From contig NZ_JAYESI010000001.1 of NCBI RefSeq assembly GCF_041903675.1, positions 32,643-96,642 of the forward strand: a DNA stretch of 64,000 bases, written 5' to 3'. This DNA comes from Corallococcus sp. RDP092CA (lineage in GTDB: Bacteria > Myxococcota > Myxococcia > Myxococcales > Myxococcaceae). Shown here piece after piece: positions 1 through 11,855 of this stretch; the stretch's first letter is position 1; each line of letters opens with the position of its first letter. The notes under the pieces are model-generated. The model saw nothing but the letters and a program-made list of their open reading frames with translations. It ran no database searches and was not told the origin of the DNA. A program made the translations under genes and the position numbers.

Positions 1-470
1 CCGCCGAGCTGGAGCGGCTCATCAAGGGCAAGAACGAGCCGCCTCCGCCCTCCGCGGACGACATGATCGAGGACGAGGAGGAGGAGCCCCTGCCGGAGCA
101 GGAGGAGCCGCCGCTCGACGACATGCAGGACGAGGCTCCCGAGGAGGCCGAAGAGGAGGAGCCCATGGAGGAGGCGGACGAGGACGAGGGCGCCTCGCTC
201 TACCTCGTCACCGAGTCCGGCGAGCAGGAGAAGATCGTCAAGGACCGCTACGTCATCGGCCGCGGCAAGCACTGCGACTTCGTCATCAACTCCGGCAAGG
301 TGTCGCGCGAGCACGCCGTCATCGCCCGCGACGGCAGCGACTTCTACATCGAGGACCTCGGCTCCTCGAACGGGACCTGGTTCAACAAGCAGCGCATCAA
401 GCGCCGCAAGGTCGAGGACGGGGACGAGTACTTCATCTGCAGCGAGAAGATCCGCCTCGTCATCCACTGA
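1..470 (+). CDS. FHA domain-containing protein, 5'-truncated by the window edge. The N-terminus is acidic and low-complexity.
   Basis: The open frame runs in from position 3. The C-terminal FHA signature is ...YVIGRGKHCDFVINSGKVSREHAVIARDGSDFYIEDLGSSNGTWFN. The N-terminal half is acidic (EEEEP...EEAEEEE). Confidence 0.75.
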   Translation, partial: AELERLIKGKNEPPPPSADDMIEDEEEEPLPEQEEPPLDDMQDEAPEEAEEEEPMEEADEDEGASLYLVTESGEQEKIVKDRYVIGRGKHCDFVINSGKVSREHAVIARDGSDFYIEDLGSSNGTWFNKQRIKRRKVEDGDEYFICSEKIRLVIH

Positions 471-555
471 CCGCGGGATGACGCAGGGTCCCACGGTGCG
501 ATGGTCTTGTTCAGGAATTGACGGGCTCGGGGCCTCCATTGTTTGATGGGGGTCG

Positions 556-576
556 CCTGCTCCCCATGGGAGCAGG
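556..576. promoter_or_regulatory. Perfect 9-bp inverted repeat CCTGCTCCC-CAT-GGGAGCAGG, 7 nt upstream of the cpaA ATG.
   Basis: Read directly from the sequence. It overlaps the expected RBS region of the 583 ORF. Confidence 0.3.
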
Positions 577-582
577 TGCCGA

Positions 583-1119
583 ATGACACCTGTTCAGCTC
601 GCGCTGTGGACGATTCTGGGAGTGGCCCTGGTGATCTCGGTGGTGACCGACGTGCTGCGCCGGCTCATCCCGAACACCGTGACCTATCCGCTCATCGTGC
701 TGGGGCTCGGGGTGCGCGGGGTGTCCGAAGGGGTGGGCGGGTTGGAGTCGGGGGTGGTGAGCGGGCTCCTGGCGGGCGCGGGACTCGCGCTGCTGCTGGT
801 GCCGGGTGCGCTGCGCGGGCGCATGGGGTGGGGTGACGTCAAGCTGATGGCGGGCGTGGGCTGCGCGTTGGGCTTTCCCACGGTGCTCGCGGCGGCGGCC
901 TTCATCTCGCTCACGGGCGCGTTGCAGGCCATCGTCACGCTGCTGTGGCAGGGGGCCGTCTGGGACACGCTGGCGGCGGTGGCCCGTCGCTGGGCGGTGC
1001 GGATGAAATGGATGCGGGAGGAAACCTCGAGTGCTCCCGCGCGACACATCCCCTACGGCGTCTCCATCGCGCTCGGGACTTTCTGGGCCATGTGGTGGCA
1101 GCAACAACATCTGGGATAG
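583..1119 (+). CDS. cpaA: Prepilin peptidase of the A24 family (CpaA/TadV-like), Flp-pilus type.
   Basis: Polytopic membrane protein with the first catalytic Asp in a D-x4-R-IPN context (VTDVLRRLIPN). The second catalytic Asp lies in GWGDVKLMAG. The size is ~178 aa. Confidence 0.8.
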   Translation: MTPVQLALWTILGVALVISVVTDVLRRLIPNTVTYPLIVLGLGVRGVSEGVGGLESGVVSGLLAGAGLALLLVPGALRGRMGWGDVKLMAGVGCALGFPTVLAAAAFISLTGALQAIVTLLWQGAVWDTLAAVARRWAVRMKWMREETSSAPARHIPYGVSIALGTFWAMWWQQQHLG

Positions 1120-1164
1120 CGCGTCGGCGTCCGGGCGCGCGCACGCAAGAAGGGGATTCACACG

Positions 1165-2613
1165 ATGTCCACTCGCTTCACGCAAGCCCTGGCGCTCGGC
1201 GCCGTCGTCACCCTGGTGGCCAGTGCCCCCGCCCTGGCCCAGGAGGGCAGCTCCGTCAGCCTGGGGGTGGGTACCCAGAAGGTGCTCACCATTCCCGGCC
1301 TCAGCCGCGTCGCGCTGGGCGATCCGTCCATCGCCGAGGTGAAGACGCTCGGCACCGGCCAGCTGCTCGTCACCGGTAACCAGGAGGGCAAGACGACGCT
1401 GCTCGTCTGGAAGTCCTCGGGTCAGCGCATCAGCTACCTGGTGACGGTCCGCAAGCAGGACCCGAACGAGGTCATCTCCGAGATCAAGCGCCTCCTGGGG
1501 GAAATCGAAGGCGTGTCCGTGCGGATGGTGGGCGACCGCATCTACCTGGACGGTCAGGCCTACACCACGCAGGACGCGGACCGCATCGAGCAGGTGGTGA
1601 GCCTGTACCCGAACGTGAAGTCGTTCGTGAAGATCGCCCCCAACGCCAAGAAGCTGGTGGCGCAGAACCTGAACGCGGCCTTCCAGAAGGCGGGCTTGAA
1701 GAACGTGCAGGCCAACGTGGTGGGCGCGACCATCTTCCTGGAGGGCTCCGTGGAGAGCCAGCAGGACCTCCAGAAGGCGGAGCTCATCACCAAGGCCATC
1801 GGTGAGAAGGTGGAGAACCTGCTCGTCGTCGGCATCAAGCGGATGATCCTCTCCGAGGTCCAGTTCGTCGAAATCCGCCGCAACAGCCGCGACCGCTACG
1901 GCATCAAGTACCCCACGGACATCACCGGCTCGCTGACGGCCACCGTGAACCTGAACAAGGCGCTCATGCCGTCCGGTGACGCGGTGTCCAACCTCATCAT
2001 GGGCGCGACGGGCGGCTCGGACCTGAGCATCGGGTTCCAGGCCAACGACGGCTACGGCCGCCTGCTGGCGCAGCCCAAGCTGGTGTGCGCCAGCGGTGAG
2101 AAGGCGGAGTTCCTCGCCGGCGGCGAGGTGCCCATCCCCCTCATCACCAACACGCAGTTCACGGTGGAGTACAAGCCCTACGGCGTCATCCTGAACATCC
2201 GCCCCACCGCGGACCGCAACGGCAACATCCAGACCGAGGTGGAGGCGGAGGCCTCTGAAATCGACACCTCCGTGTCCGTGTCCTTCGGCGGTTCGTCCGC
2301 CATCCCCGGCTTCCGCACCCGCAAGGTCAAGACGAACGTCACCGTGCGTCACGGTGAGACCATCGTGCTGTCGGGCGTGTTCAGCCACGACGAGCAGAAG
2401 GCCGTCGCGAAGCTGCCGGGCCTGGGGCACATCCCCATCGTGGGCGAGCTGTTCAAGAACCGCGCGTTCGACTCCACCAAGCGCGAGCTGGTGATCTTCG
2501 TCACCCCGCGCATCGTGAACCCGGACTCGGACAAGGTCCGCAGCATCATCGAGGACGTGAAGACCCGCTACAAGCAGGCCCGCTCCGAGGTGAACTTCAA
2601 CATCTTCGACTGA
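1165..2613 (+). CDS. cpaC: Secretin of the Flp/Tad pilus system (CpaC/RcpA-like).
   Basis: Signal peptide MSTRFTQALALGAVVTLVASAPALAQE. C-terminal secretin domain GGEVPIPL...VILNIRPT...GFRTRKVKTNVTVRHGETIVLSGV...LPGLGHIPIVGELF. RBS AAGGGGA precedes the ATG. Confidence 0.85.
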   Translation: MSTRFTQALALGAVVTLVASAPALAQEGSSVSLGVGTQKVLTIPGLSRVALGDPSIAEVKTLGTGQLLVTGNQEGKTTLLVWKSSGQRISYLVTVRKQDPNEVISEIKRLLGEIEGVSVRMVGDRIYLDGQAYTTQDADRIEQVVSLYPNVKSFVKIAPNAKKLVAQNLNAAFQKAGLKNVQANVVGATIFLEGSVESQQDLQKAELITKAIGEKVENLLVVGIKRMILSEVQFVEIRRNSRDRYGIKYPTDITGSLTATVNLNKALMPSGDAVSNLIMGATGGSDLSIGFQANDGYGRLLAQPKLVCASGEKAEFLAGGEVPIPLITNTQFTVEYKPYGVILNIRPTADRNGNIQTEVEAEASEIDTSVSVSFGGSSAIPGFRTRKVKTNVTVRHGETIVLSGVFSHDEQKAVAKLPGLGHIPIVGELFKNRAFDSTKRELVIFVTPRIVNPDSDKVRSIIEDVKTRYKQARSEVNFNIFD

Positions 2614-2639
2614 GGCCCCCGCGCCATCACGTCGGATCC

Positions 2640-2700
2640 GGTCCGGGCCGGCCCCGTCCCTGCTTCAGCGGGGGAGGGTGCCGGCCCGTTCGTTTCCGGG
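2640..2700 (+). terminator. GC-rich imperfect hairpin between cpaC and cpaF (GGGCCGGC ... GCCGGCCC). It is a possible attenuator or weak terminator.
   Basis: Inverted repeat read from the sequence. There is no T-tract, so this is speculative. Confidence 0.2.
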
Positions 2701-2747
2701 CAGCAGGCGGGCGAGCGTCGCAGGAGTCTTTGAGGTCGTAGGAGGGC

Positions 2748-4529
2748 TTGGTAGCATCCCGCCCCATGTTTCTCATCACGTTGACGGAGAAGGGCGGCGG
2801 CTCGGAGCAGCGGGAGTTTCCCAAGAACGAGATCACGATCGGCCGGCTTGCCGGCAATGACATCGTGCTCGCCAAGGGCAACGTCTCCAAGACCCACTCC
2901 CGCATCGTCGAGAAGGACGGTCGCCTCATCATCGTGGACATGAAGTCCACGAACGGCACCTTCGTGAACGGCAAGAAGATCGCCGGGCCCATGGTGCTCA
3001 AGCCCAGCGACCAGGTCTCCATCGGCGACTACATCCTCAACGTGGAGCCGCTGGACGACGCCGCGCAGGACGAGCCCGTCGACGAGGGCTACGACGAGGA
3101 GCAGGGCGAGGAGGCCTACGAGGAGGAAGAGGCCTACGAGGAGGAGGAGCCCTACGAGGAGGAGCCCGCGCCCGCCCCCGCGGCTCCCAGCCGCATGCCC
3201 GCGTCCATGGCCGCGGCCATGGCGAAGAACAAGCGCAAGGTGGACCCCCGGCTGGAGCGCTACTCGCGGCTCCAGAAGGAGATCCACGACCGGCTCATCG
3301 AGTACCTGGACCTGCGCCGCATGGACATGGACCGGCTCGGGGACGAGGAGCTCTGGCGCCGCACCGAGAAGGCCATCCGGGACATCATCGACCAGATGGA
3401 GGCGGACCAGGAGCTCCCCGGGGACGTGGACCGGGAGGAGCTGCTCACCGACGTCATCAACGAGGCGCTGGGCCTGGGGCCCCTGGAGGCGTTCCTCGCG
3501 TCGGAGGAGATCAGCGAGATCATGGTGAACCACGCCAACCAGATCTACATCGAGCGCAAGGGCAAGCTGACCCTGTCGGAGAAGACGTTCTCCTCCAACC
3601 AGGCGGTGCTCGGCGTCATCGAGCGCATCGTGGCGCCCATCGGCCGCCGCATCGACGAGTCCAGCCCGCTGGTGGACGCGCGCTTGAAGGACGGCAGCCG
3701 CGTGAACGCCATCATCCCGCCGCTGGCGCTCAAGGGCCCCTGCATCACCATCCGCAAGTTCAAGAAGGACGCGCTGAAGATCCAGGATCTCATCAAGTAC
3801 AAGACCATCACCGCGCAGATGGCCGAGTTCCTGGAGATGTGCGTGACGGCCCGGCGCAACATCGTCATCTCCGGCGGCACGGGCTCCGGGAAGACGACGA
3901 CGCTGAACATCATCAGCTCCTTCATCCCGGAGGGTGAGCGCATCGTCACGGTGGAGGACGCCGCGGAGCTGCAGCTGCCGCAGGAGCACTGGGTCCAACT
4001 GGAGAGCCGCCCGCCCAACCTGGAAGGCAAGGGCGCCATCACCATCCGCGACCTGGTGAAGAACTGCCTGCGCATGCGGCCGGACCGCATCGTGGTGGGC
4101 GAGTGCCGCTCCGGCGAGACGCTGGACATGCTCCAGGCCATGAACACCGGCCACGACGGTTCGCTCACCACGCTGCACGCGAACACGCCGCGCGACGCCA
4201 TCGCCCGGCTGGAGACGATGGTGCTCATGTCCGGCATGGAGCTGCCGGTGAAGGCCATCCGCGAGCAGATCTCCAGCGCGGTGCACCTCATCGTGCAGCA
4301 GACGCGCTTCTCCGACGGGACGCGCAAGATCTGCTTCATCACGGAGGTGTCCGGCATGGAGGTCGACATCGTGACCCTCCAGGACATCTTCTATTACAAG
4401 CAGGACGGCTTCACGGAGGACCACAAGGTGCGCGGGCGCTTCGTGGCTTCGGGCTTCGTGCCGAAGTTCTACGACGAGCTCCAGCGCAAGGGCATCCCCG
4501 TGAACATGAGCATCTTCCGCGAGGACTGA
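2748..4529 (+). CDS. cpaF: Tad/type-IV secretion ATPase CpaF/TadA-like, with an N-terminal FHA domain and an acidic EEAYEEEE repeat linker.
   Basis: N-terminal FHA (ITIGRLAGNDIVLAKGNVSKTHSRI...STNGTFVNG). Walker A GGTGSGKTTTLN. VirB11/CpaF-type core (TVEDAAELQL, GHDGSLTTLHANTPRDA). An ATG at 2766 is an alternative start to the TTG at 2748. Confidence 0.85.
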   Translation: MVASRPMFLITLTEKGGGSEQREFPKNEITIGRLAGNDIVLAKGNVSKTHSRIVEKDGRLIIVDMKSTNGTFVNGKKIAGPMVLKPSDQVSIGDYILNVEPLDDAAQDEPVDEGYDEEQGEEAYEEEEAYEEEEPYEEEPAPAPAAPSRMPASMAAAMAKNKRKVDPRLERYSRLQKEIHDRLIEYLDLRRMDMDRLGDEELWRRTEKAIRDIIDQMEADQELPGDVDREELLTDVINEALGLGPLEAFLASEEISEIMVNHANQIYIERKGKLTLSEKTFSSNQAVLGVIERIVAPIGRRIDESSPLVDARLKDGSRVNAIIPPLALKGPCITIRKFKKDALKIQDLIKYKTITAQMAEFLEMCVTARRNIVISGGTGSGKTTTLNIISSFIPEGERIVTVEDAAELQLPQEHWVQLESRPPNLEGKGAITIRDLVKNCLRMRPDRIVVGECRSGETLDMLQAMNTGHDGSLTTLHANTPRDAIARLETMVLMSGMELPVKAIREQISSAVHLIVQQTRFSDGTRKICFITEVSGMEVDIVTLQDIFYYKQDGFTEDHKVRGRFVASGFVPKFYDELQRKGIPVNMSIFRED

Positions 4530-4536
4530 CGCGCCC

Positions 4537-6753
4537 ATGCCAACCCTGGTCGTCCGTCACCCTGACGGCACTGAGCACGAGCACGAAATCGCGGGCGAGC
4601 TGAAGATCGGCCGCCAGCAGGGCAATGACCTCGTCCTCACGGAGGGCGGCGTGTCGCGGCAGCACGCGCGCGTCTACGTGGAGGGTGGCACCGTCTACGT
4701 GGAGGACGGGGGCAGCCAGAACGGCACCTTCGTGGACGGCGAGCGCATCGCGGGGCCCACGGCGCTGACGCCGGCCTCGCAGGTGCTGCTGGGCGACTAC
4801 GAGCTGAAGCTCAAGGGCGGCGGCCGGGGCACCGGCGGTCGCCGCGCGGCGACGCCCGCGCCCCAGGACCCCTCGACGCTCGCGGACGCGCCCGTGAAGG
4901 GCACGCGCGCCATGCCCAGCATTCGCGCCAAGGCCACGCAGAAGGGCGCGGCGAAGCCCGAGGGCGCGCTGGCGAAGCGTCCCTCGCGGCCCCAGCGGGC
5001 GCTGGGCGGCGCGGAGGCGGGCGCGAGCTCGGGGCCGGTGCTCAAGGGCATGACGGGGCCGTGGGCCGGCAAGTCCTATCCCATCCAGGGCACGCTGCTG
5101 GTGGGCCGGGCGCCGCCGGCGGCGGTCATCCTGGATGACGACTCCGTGAGCCGGAGGCACGCCGAGGTGAAGCGCGAGGGCAGCGCCGTGCTCGCGCGCG
5201 ACCTGGGCAGCGCCAACGGCACCCTGCTCAACGGGGAGCTGCTGGGCGAGGAGTTCGTCGACCTGCAGGCAGGGGACGTCCTCCAGTTCGGCGTGGTGGA
5301 GATGACCTTCGAGGCCTCGGACACGCCCTCGCGCCGTCCCGGGGCGGCGGGCGCGCCTCCGCCTCGCCGGGGGGCCCGCGGGGCGGCGCCGGCGGCGGAC
5401 AACAAGCGCAAGCTGATGGTGGTCGCGGGCGGCGTCATCGCGCTGCTGGCGGTGGCGGCGGTGGTGAAGTCGTCCATGGGGCCGGCGCAGAAGGCCCCCA
5501 AGGCGGGCCCGGCCGCGCCGCTGGATCCCGCGCAGCAGGTGCAGGACCTGCTCAGCGAGTGCCGCTCCTACTCCTCCAACGAGATGGGCGCCCCCGACTG
5601 GGCCCGCGCGGAGAAGGCGTGCGACCAGGCGCTGGACATGGACCCCATCAACGCCGAGGCGAACACCCTCGTGCGGCGCATCAAGCTGGAGAAGGAGGCC
5701 TTCGACAACTTCGAGGCCGCGAAGAAGGCCATCGAGCTCAACCGCGAGCAGCAGGCCCTGGAGCTGCTGCGCAAGATTCCGAAGGAGAGCGAGTACTTCC
5801 GCCGCGCCCGCTCCAAGGCGAAGGAGACGGCCGAGCGGTTCGTGGAGCGCGCGAAGGACGACTGCAAGCGCTACCTGAACAACTCGCAGTGGGGCCCCGC
5901 GGTGCAGCGCTGCCAGCAGTACATGGAAGTGTGGTGCCAGAAGCAGAGCAAGGAGGACCTGGAGCCCCCCATTGGCCAGACGCTCCGCCTGGAGGGCTTC
6001 CTGCGCAAGAACGACTGGCGCCCCAAGGACGCCATGTTCGTGAAGTTCCTGGTGGCCCGCACGCGGGTGGACCGCAACGCCCCGCCGTGGACCTGCCCGG
6101 TGTCCGCCATCCTGCAGGAGGACGGGCTGGGCGTGGATCAGGCCAGCGAGGTGCGCGCCATGTTCGCCAAGCGCTACGCCCCGAAGCTCATCCAGGCGGC
6201 GATGATGGACTACTGGGCCGGCCGTGGCAGCGAGGCCATGGCGACGCTGCAGAAGCTGCGCGCGAAGGAAGACCAGGCGCAGTACCACCAGCTCGCGGAC
6301 GATCTCATCCGCGACGTGTCCAACGTGGATCAGCTCTTCAAGACGGGCGAGAGCGCCATCACCAACGACGACCCCGAGCGCGCCGTCACGCCGTTCACGG
6401 ACGCGCTGGCGACGGACAAGCGCATCATGGCGGAGCTGGCGGAGTCGCACCTGTCCTTCTACCGGAAGAACATGTTCCAGGACCTGGCGGCCGCGGCCTA
6501 CCAGCGCGGCAAGCACTTCGCGGACCGCGAGGACCGCCGCCGGGGCTGCCGCATCTGGAAGCTGGGCTTCGAGTTCTACAAGGGCAACACGGACCTGAAC
6601 CGCGTGGTGGCCTTCTGCTCCACGCAGGCGCAGAACACGTTGAACAACGCGGGCAGCTGTTCGGACCTGGCGGCGGTGGAGGACTACGCCGTGCCGGGTG
6701 ACGGCATCGCGGAGCAGGTGGCCGCGAAGAAGGCCGAGCTGAAGTGCCGCTGA
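4537..6753 (+). CDS. Membrane protein with two FHA domains, one TM segment and a helical TPR-like periplasmic domain.
   Basis: FHA1 (KIGRQQGNDLVL...SQNGTFVDG) and FHA2 (LVGRAPPAAVILDDDSVSRRHAEV...SANGTLLNG). TM helix LMVVAGGVIALLAVAAVV. The C-terminal domain is helix-rich with Cys residues. There is an 8-nt gap after the cpaF stop, suggesting an operon. Confidence 0.75.
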   Translation: MPTLVVRHPDGTEHEHEIAGELKIGRQQGNDLVLTEGGVSRQHARVYVEGGTVYVEDGGSQNGTFVDGERIAGPTALTPASQVLLGDYELKLKGGGRGTGGRRAATPAPQDPSTLADAPVKGTRAMPSIRAKATQKGAAKPEGALAKRPSRPQRALGGAEAGASSGPVLKGMTGPWAGKSYPIQGTLLVGRAPPAAVILDDDSVSRRHAEVKREGSAVLARDLGSANGTLLNGELLGEEFVDLQAGDVLQFGVVEMTFEASDTPSRRPGAAGAPPPRRGARGAAPAADNKRKLMVVAGGVIALLAVAAVVKSSMGPAQKAPKAGPAAPLDPAQQVQDLLSECRSYSSNEMGAPDWARAEKACDQALDMDPINAEANTLVRRIKLEKEAFDNFEAAKKAIELNREQQALELLRKIPKESEYFRRARSKAKETAERFVERAKDDCKRYLNNSQWGPAVQRCQQYMEVWCQKQSKEDLEPPIGQTLRLEGFLRKNDWRPKDAMFVKFLVARTRVDRNAPPWTCPVSAILQEDGLGVDQASEVRAMFAKRYAPKLIQAAMMDYWAGRGSEAMATLQKLRAKEDQAQYHQLADDLIRDVSNVDQLFKTGESAITNDDPERAVTPFTDALATDKRIMAELAESHLSFYRKNMFQDLAAAAYQRGKHFADREDRRRGCRIWKLGFEFYKGNTDLNRVVAFCSTQAQNTLNNAGSCSDLAAVEDYAVPGDGIAEQVAAKKAELKCR

Positions 6754-6812
6754 GCGGCGCTCCGGTGCGGGGCTTCATGGACAGGGGCCGGGAGGCGCGC
6801 TAGGGACGGGGG

Positions 6813-9518
<2,706 letters not shown>

Positions 9519-9522
9519 GCCG

Positions 9523-9566
9523 AAAAAAGCGCGGGAGGGCGCCCACCCCCGTAGGCGCCCTCCCGC
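9523..9566. terminator. Intrinsic-terminator-like hairpin with a 13-bp perfect GC stem, flanked by AAAAAA (TTTTTT on the minus strand). It sits between the convergent polA and 9847-10371 genes.
   Basis: GCGGGAGGGCGCC-(10 nt)-GGCGCCCTCCCGC immediately after the polA stop. Read on the minus strand the hairpin is followed by GCTTTTTTCGG. Coordinates are approximate (+/-1). Confidence 0.5.
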
Positions 9567-9846
9567 AGCCCTCCAGCCCCACTCCTCCGACAAAACATGC
9601 CGATCCGTCCGACCGGCGGAGCGCGCGGACCCCCATCCACGCGTTCCGGCGTTCGAACCTGTGTGCGCGCTCACCGCTCCCCCGAGCAGGAGCACGCTCC
9701 CTCAAGGCGCGTCGCGGACCCCCATCCACGACAGCGCTCCCTCCCGCCAGCCCCCGGACCCTTCCACGGAGGGAAGGGTCAAGCCGGACGGATCGGCAAA
9801 CCCTTGTGACAAAACCCCGGCGCCTCCTGCGCGCCGCGACTCCTGC

Positions 9847-10371
9847 TCAATGCATGGCGGACCGCTCGTCGCGGCGGCCCATGGGGGGCCGGCGCGCATG
9901 AGAGGGCCGCTCGAAGTACTCCACCACCAGGCCGCCGAAGGGCACCCGCGGCCCATCCGCCTTCGGGTCCGCCAGCCGCTGGAGCAGCGCCACCGCGCTG
10001 TCCACGGCCTCGTCGAGCGCGCGGTGGATGCGCTGGCGCTCCGCGTCCCCACCGCCCAGCACCTCCAGGGCGTCCACCAGGCACCGCCGCAGCAGCGCGA
10101 ACTCGTCGTGCAGGGCCCGCGCGCCGCGCTCCGGCGCCAGCCGCAGCACCGCGCGGGTGCGCGTCCAGGGGCTGGATTCCACGCCCTCCAGCGTCAGGCC
10201 CAGCTCCCGGACGAAGGGCTCCACCAGTCCGTCCAGCAGGCTGGGGCCCGGCGCGCCCTGGCCGTCGTGCGCCGCCAGCCGCATCCGCCGCCACAGCGCC
10301 GCGATGCGCTCCGGCTGCCTGGTGAAGACCCGGGCCACCCCGGCCTTCTTCCGTCCCCGCTCCGCCGCCAT
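9847..10371 (-). CDS. Hypothetical protein.
   Basis: ORF with a plausible ATG (MAAERGRKKAG...). It is convergent with polA and ends at the hairpin. No motif was recognised. Confidence 0.4.
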   Translation of the reverse strand: MAAERGRKKAGVARVFTRQPERIAALWRRMRLAAHDGQGAPGPSLLDGLVEPFVRELGLTLEGVESSPWTRTRAVLRLAPERGARALHDEFALLRRCLVDALEVLGGGDAERQRIHRALDEAVDSAVALLQRLADPKADGPRVPFGGLVVEYFERPSHARRPPMGRRDERSAMH

Positions 10372-10571
10372 GTCCGTTGTCGTCCGCATCGCGAACAGAC
10401 ACATAGCAAGTGCTTTGCCAAGGCCAGACGTGCGCTGGAGCCCAGTGAATCCGCTGACTTGGGCAGCAGGACGACCCCGAAGGGAGCGCGCAGGACGTAA
10501 ATCCTACGGGGCGGCTGTTGAAAGGCGGGGGACAGGGGAAGTTCCTTCCCTGCCTGGGAACGCCGCGCCTC

Positions 10572-11855
10572 TCAGTGGAGCGTTGGCTTGGGCGGGCGGC
10601 CCGACGGGGCCTCGCCGTCCAGCTCGTACTCGCCGCTGGACGACTCCGGCTCCTCGTCCTCCGCGTCCAGGTCCTCCGGCAGGCCCGCACCCGACTCCAG
10701 CGCCTCCGGCGCGCCCTCCAGGGCCTCCGGCTGGCGGGGGGCGGACGGATTGGACGAGGCCGGCGGGGTGGCGCCGGGCCATTCCGGCCAGGGGAGGGCG
10801 GGGGACAGCGGCTCGGCGCCGTCCGTGGGCACGGGGCCGGCCGCGCGGGCGGCCGCGAGCAGGCGCAGCGCGGCGTCCTCCGCGGCGTCCTCCGCGGCAA
10901 GCTCCGTCATGCGCGCGGCCTTCTGCCGCGTGCGGCGCACGAAGGCGGCCACGCACAGCACGGAGGCGGTGAGCCACAGGAGCGCGGAGCTGGTGGTGAG
11001 CGGCAGCCAGCCGTACCGGGCCGCCAGCCCCTCACGCCAGTCCTGCTCCTCCAGGAGCAGCGACGAATGGAAGGCCTTGCCGAAGGCCTGCTCGAAGGGC
11101 TCGCCCGCGCTCACGCCGTCCACCAACTGGCCCAGGGCCTGCGCGCCGTACTTGCCGTTGAGGAAGGCCACGAAGGCGGCGCTCTGCGCGTAGGCGATTT
11201 CGACGTCCGCGGGCACGTCCGGCCAGTTGTCGGCCAGGTCCTCGAAGTGGAGGACGCGCTCCTGCGTCACCGCGCGGAAGAGGGCGCTGTAGTGGGCGAC
11301 GGAGTAGCGCTCGTCGGTGAGGTTCTGCGCCACGCCCTCCTGGAACCAGCGCGGCCACGACTTCGCCAGCTGGCCCAGCGCCACGTGCGCCAGCTCGTGC
11401 CGCAGCGTGGTGGGCCCTTCCTCGTCGGTCAGGCTCAGCGCGTCCAGCAGGATGATCTGGTGCCCGGGGTAGGCGAGCGCCACGGCCCAGCCCGGGGGCT
11501 TGCCGCCGGGGAGCGCCAGCGCCTCGAACTCCTGGCGGCCCACGCCCAGGCGGATCTCCGTGGTGCCCGGCCAGTCGCGCCCCAGCATCGCGCCGAAGGC
11601 GTCCCGCACGCCCTCAATCTGCCCGGCCAGCGCCTTCGCCGCGCCCGCCGCCTTCGCGGTGTGCAGGATGACGAAGCGCCGGGTCCTCAGCTCGCCCGCG
11701 ACGAGGGTGGGCCGGGCGTGAGGCACGAGCGCCCTGTCGGTGACGACGGCCTCCGTGGCGTGGATGCCGCGCGGACCTTCTTCCTGCGCGAACACGCCCG
11801 GCGCGGCCAGCAGCATCATCAGGAAGGCGAACAGGCGGAGCATGCGTGGCCTCAC
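10572..11855 (-). CDS. Secreted/membrane-anchored zinc metallopeptidase-like protein (peptidase MA-like, HExxH).
   Basis: Signal peptide MRPRMLRLFAFLMMLLAAPGVFAQ. HELAHVALG motif. A later TM segment (LWLTASVLCVAAFV) is followed by an acidic Pro-rich tail. Confidence 0.7.
   Translation of the reverse strand: MRPRMLRLFAFLMMLLAAPGVFAQEEGPRGIHATEAVVTDRALVPHARPTLVAGELRTRRFVILHTAKAAGAAKALAGQIEGVRDAFGAMLGRDWPGTTEIRLGVGRQEFEALALPGGKPPGWAVALAYPGHQIILLDALSLTDEEGPTTLRHELAHVALGQLAKSWPRWFQEGVAQNLTDERYSVAHYSALFRAVTQERVLHFEDLADNWPDVPADVEIAYAQSAAFVAFLNGKYGAQALGQLVDGVSAGEPFEQAFGKAFHSSLLLEEQDWREGLAARYGWLPLTTSSALLWLTASVLCVAAFVRRTRQKAARMTELAAEDAAEDAALRLLAAARAAGPVPTDGAEPLSPALPWPEWPGATPPASSNPSAPRQPEALEGAPEALESGAGLPEDLDAEDEEPESSSGEYELDGEAPSGRPPKPTLH

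Noticed and set aside
9640-9665. GGCGTTCGAACC, resembling a tRNA T-loop.
   Set aside because: There is no complementary acceptor stem or anticodon arm around it. It sits inside the degenerate direct repeats (GGACCCCCATCCACG x2) of the polA 3' flank.
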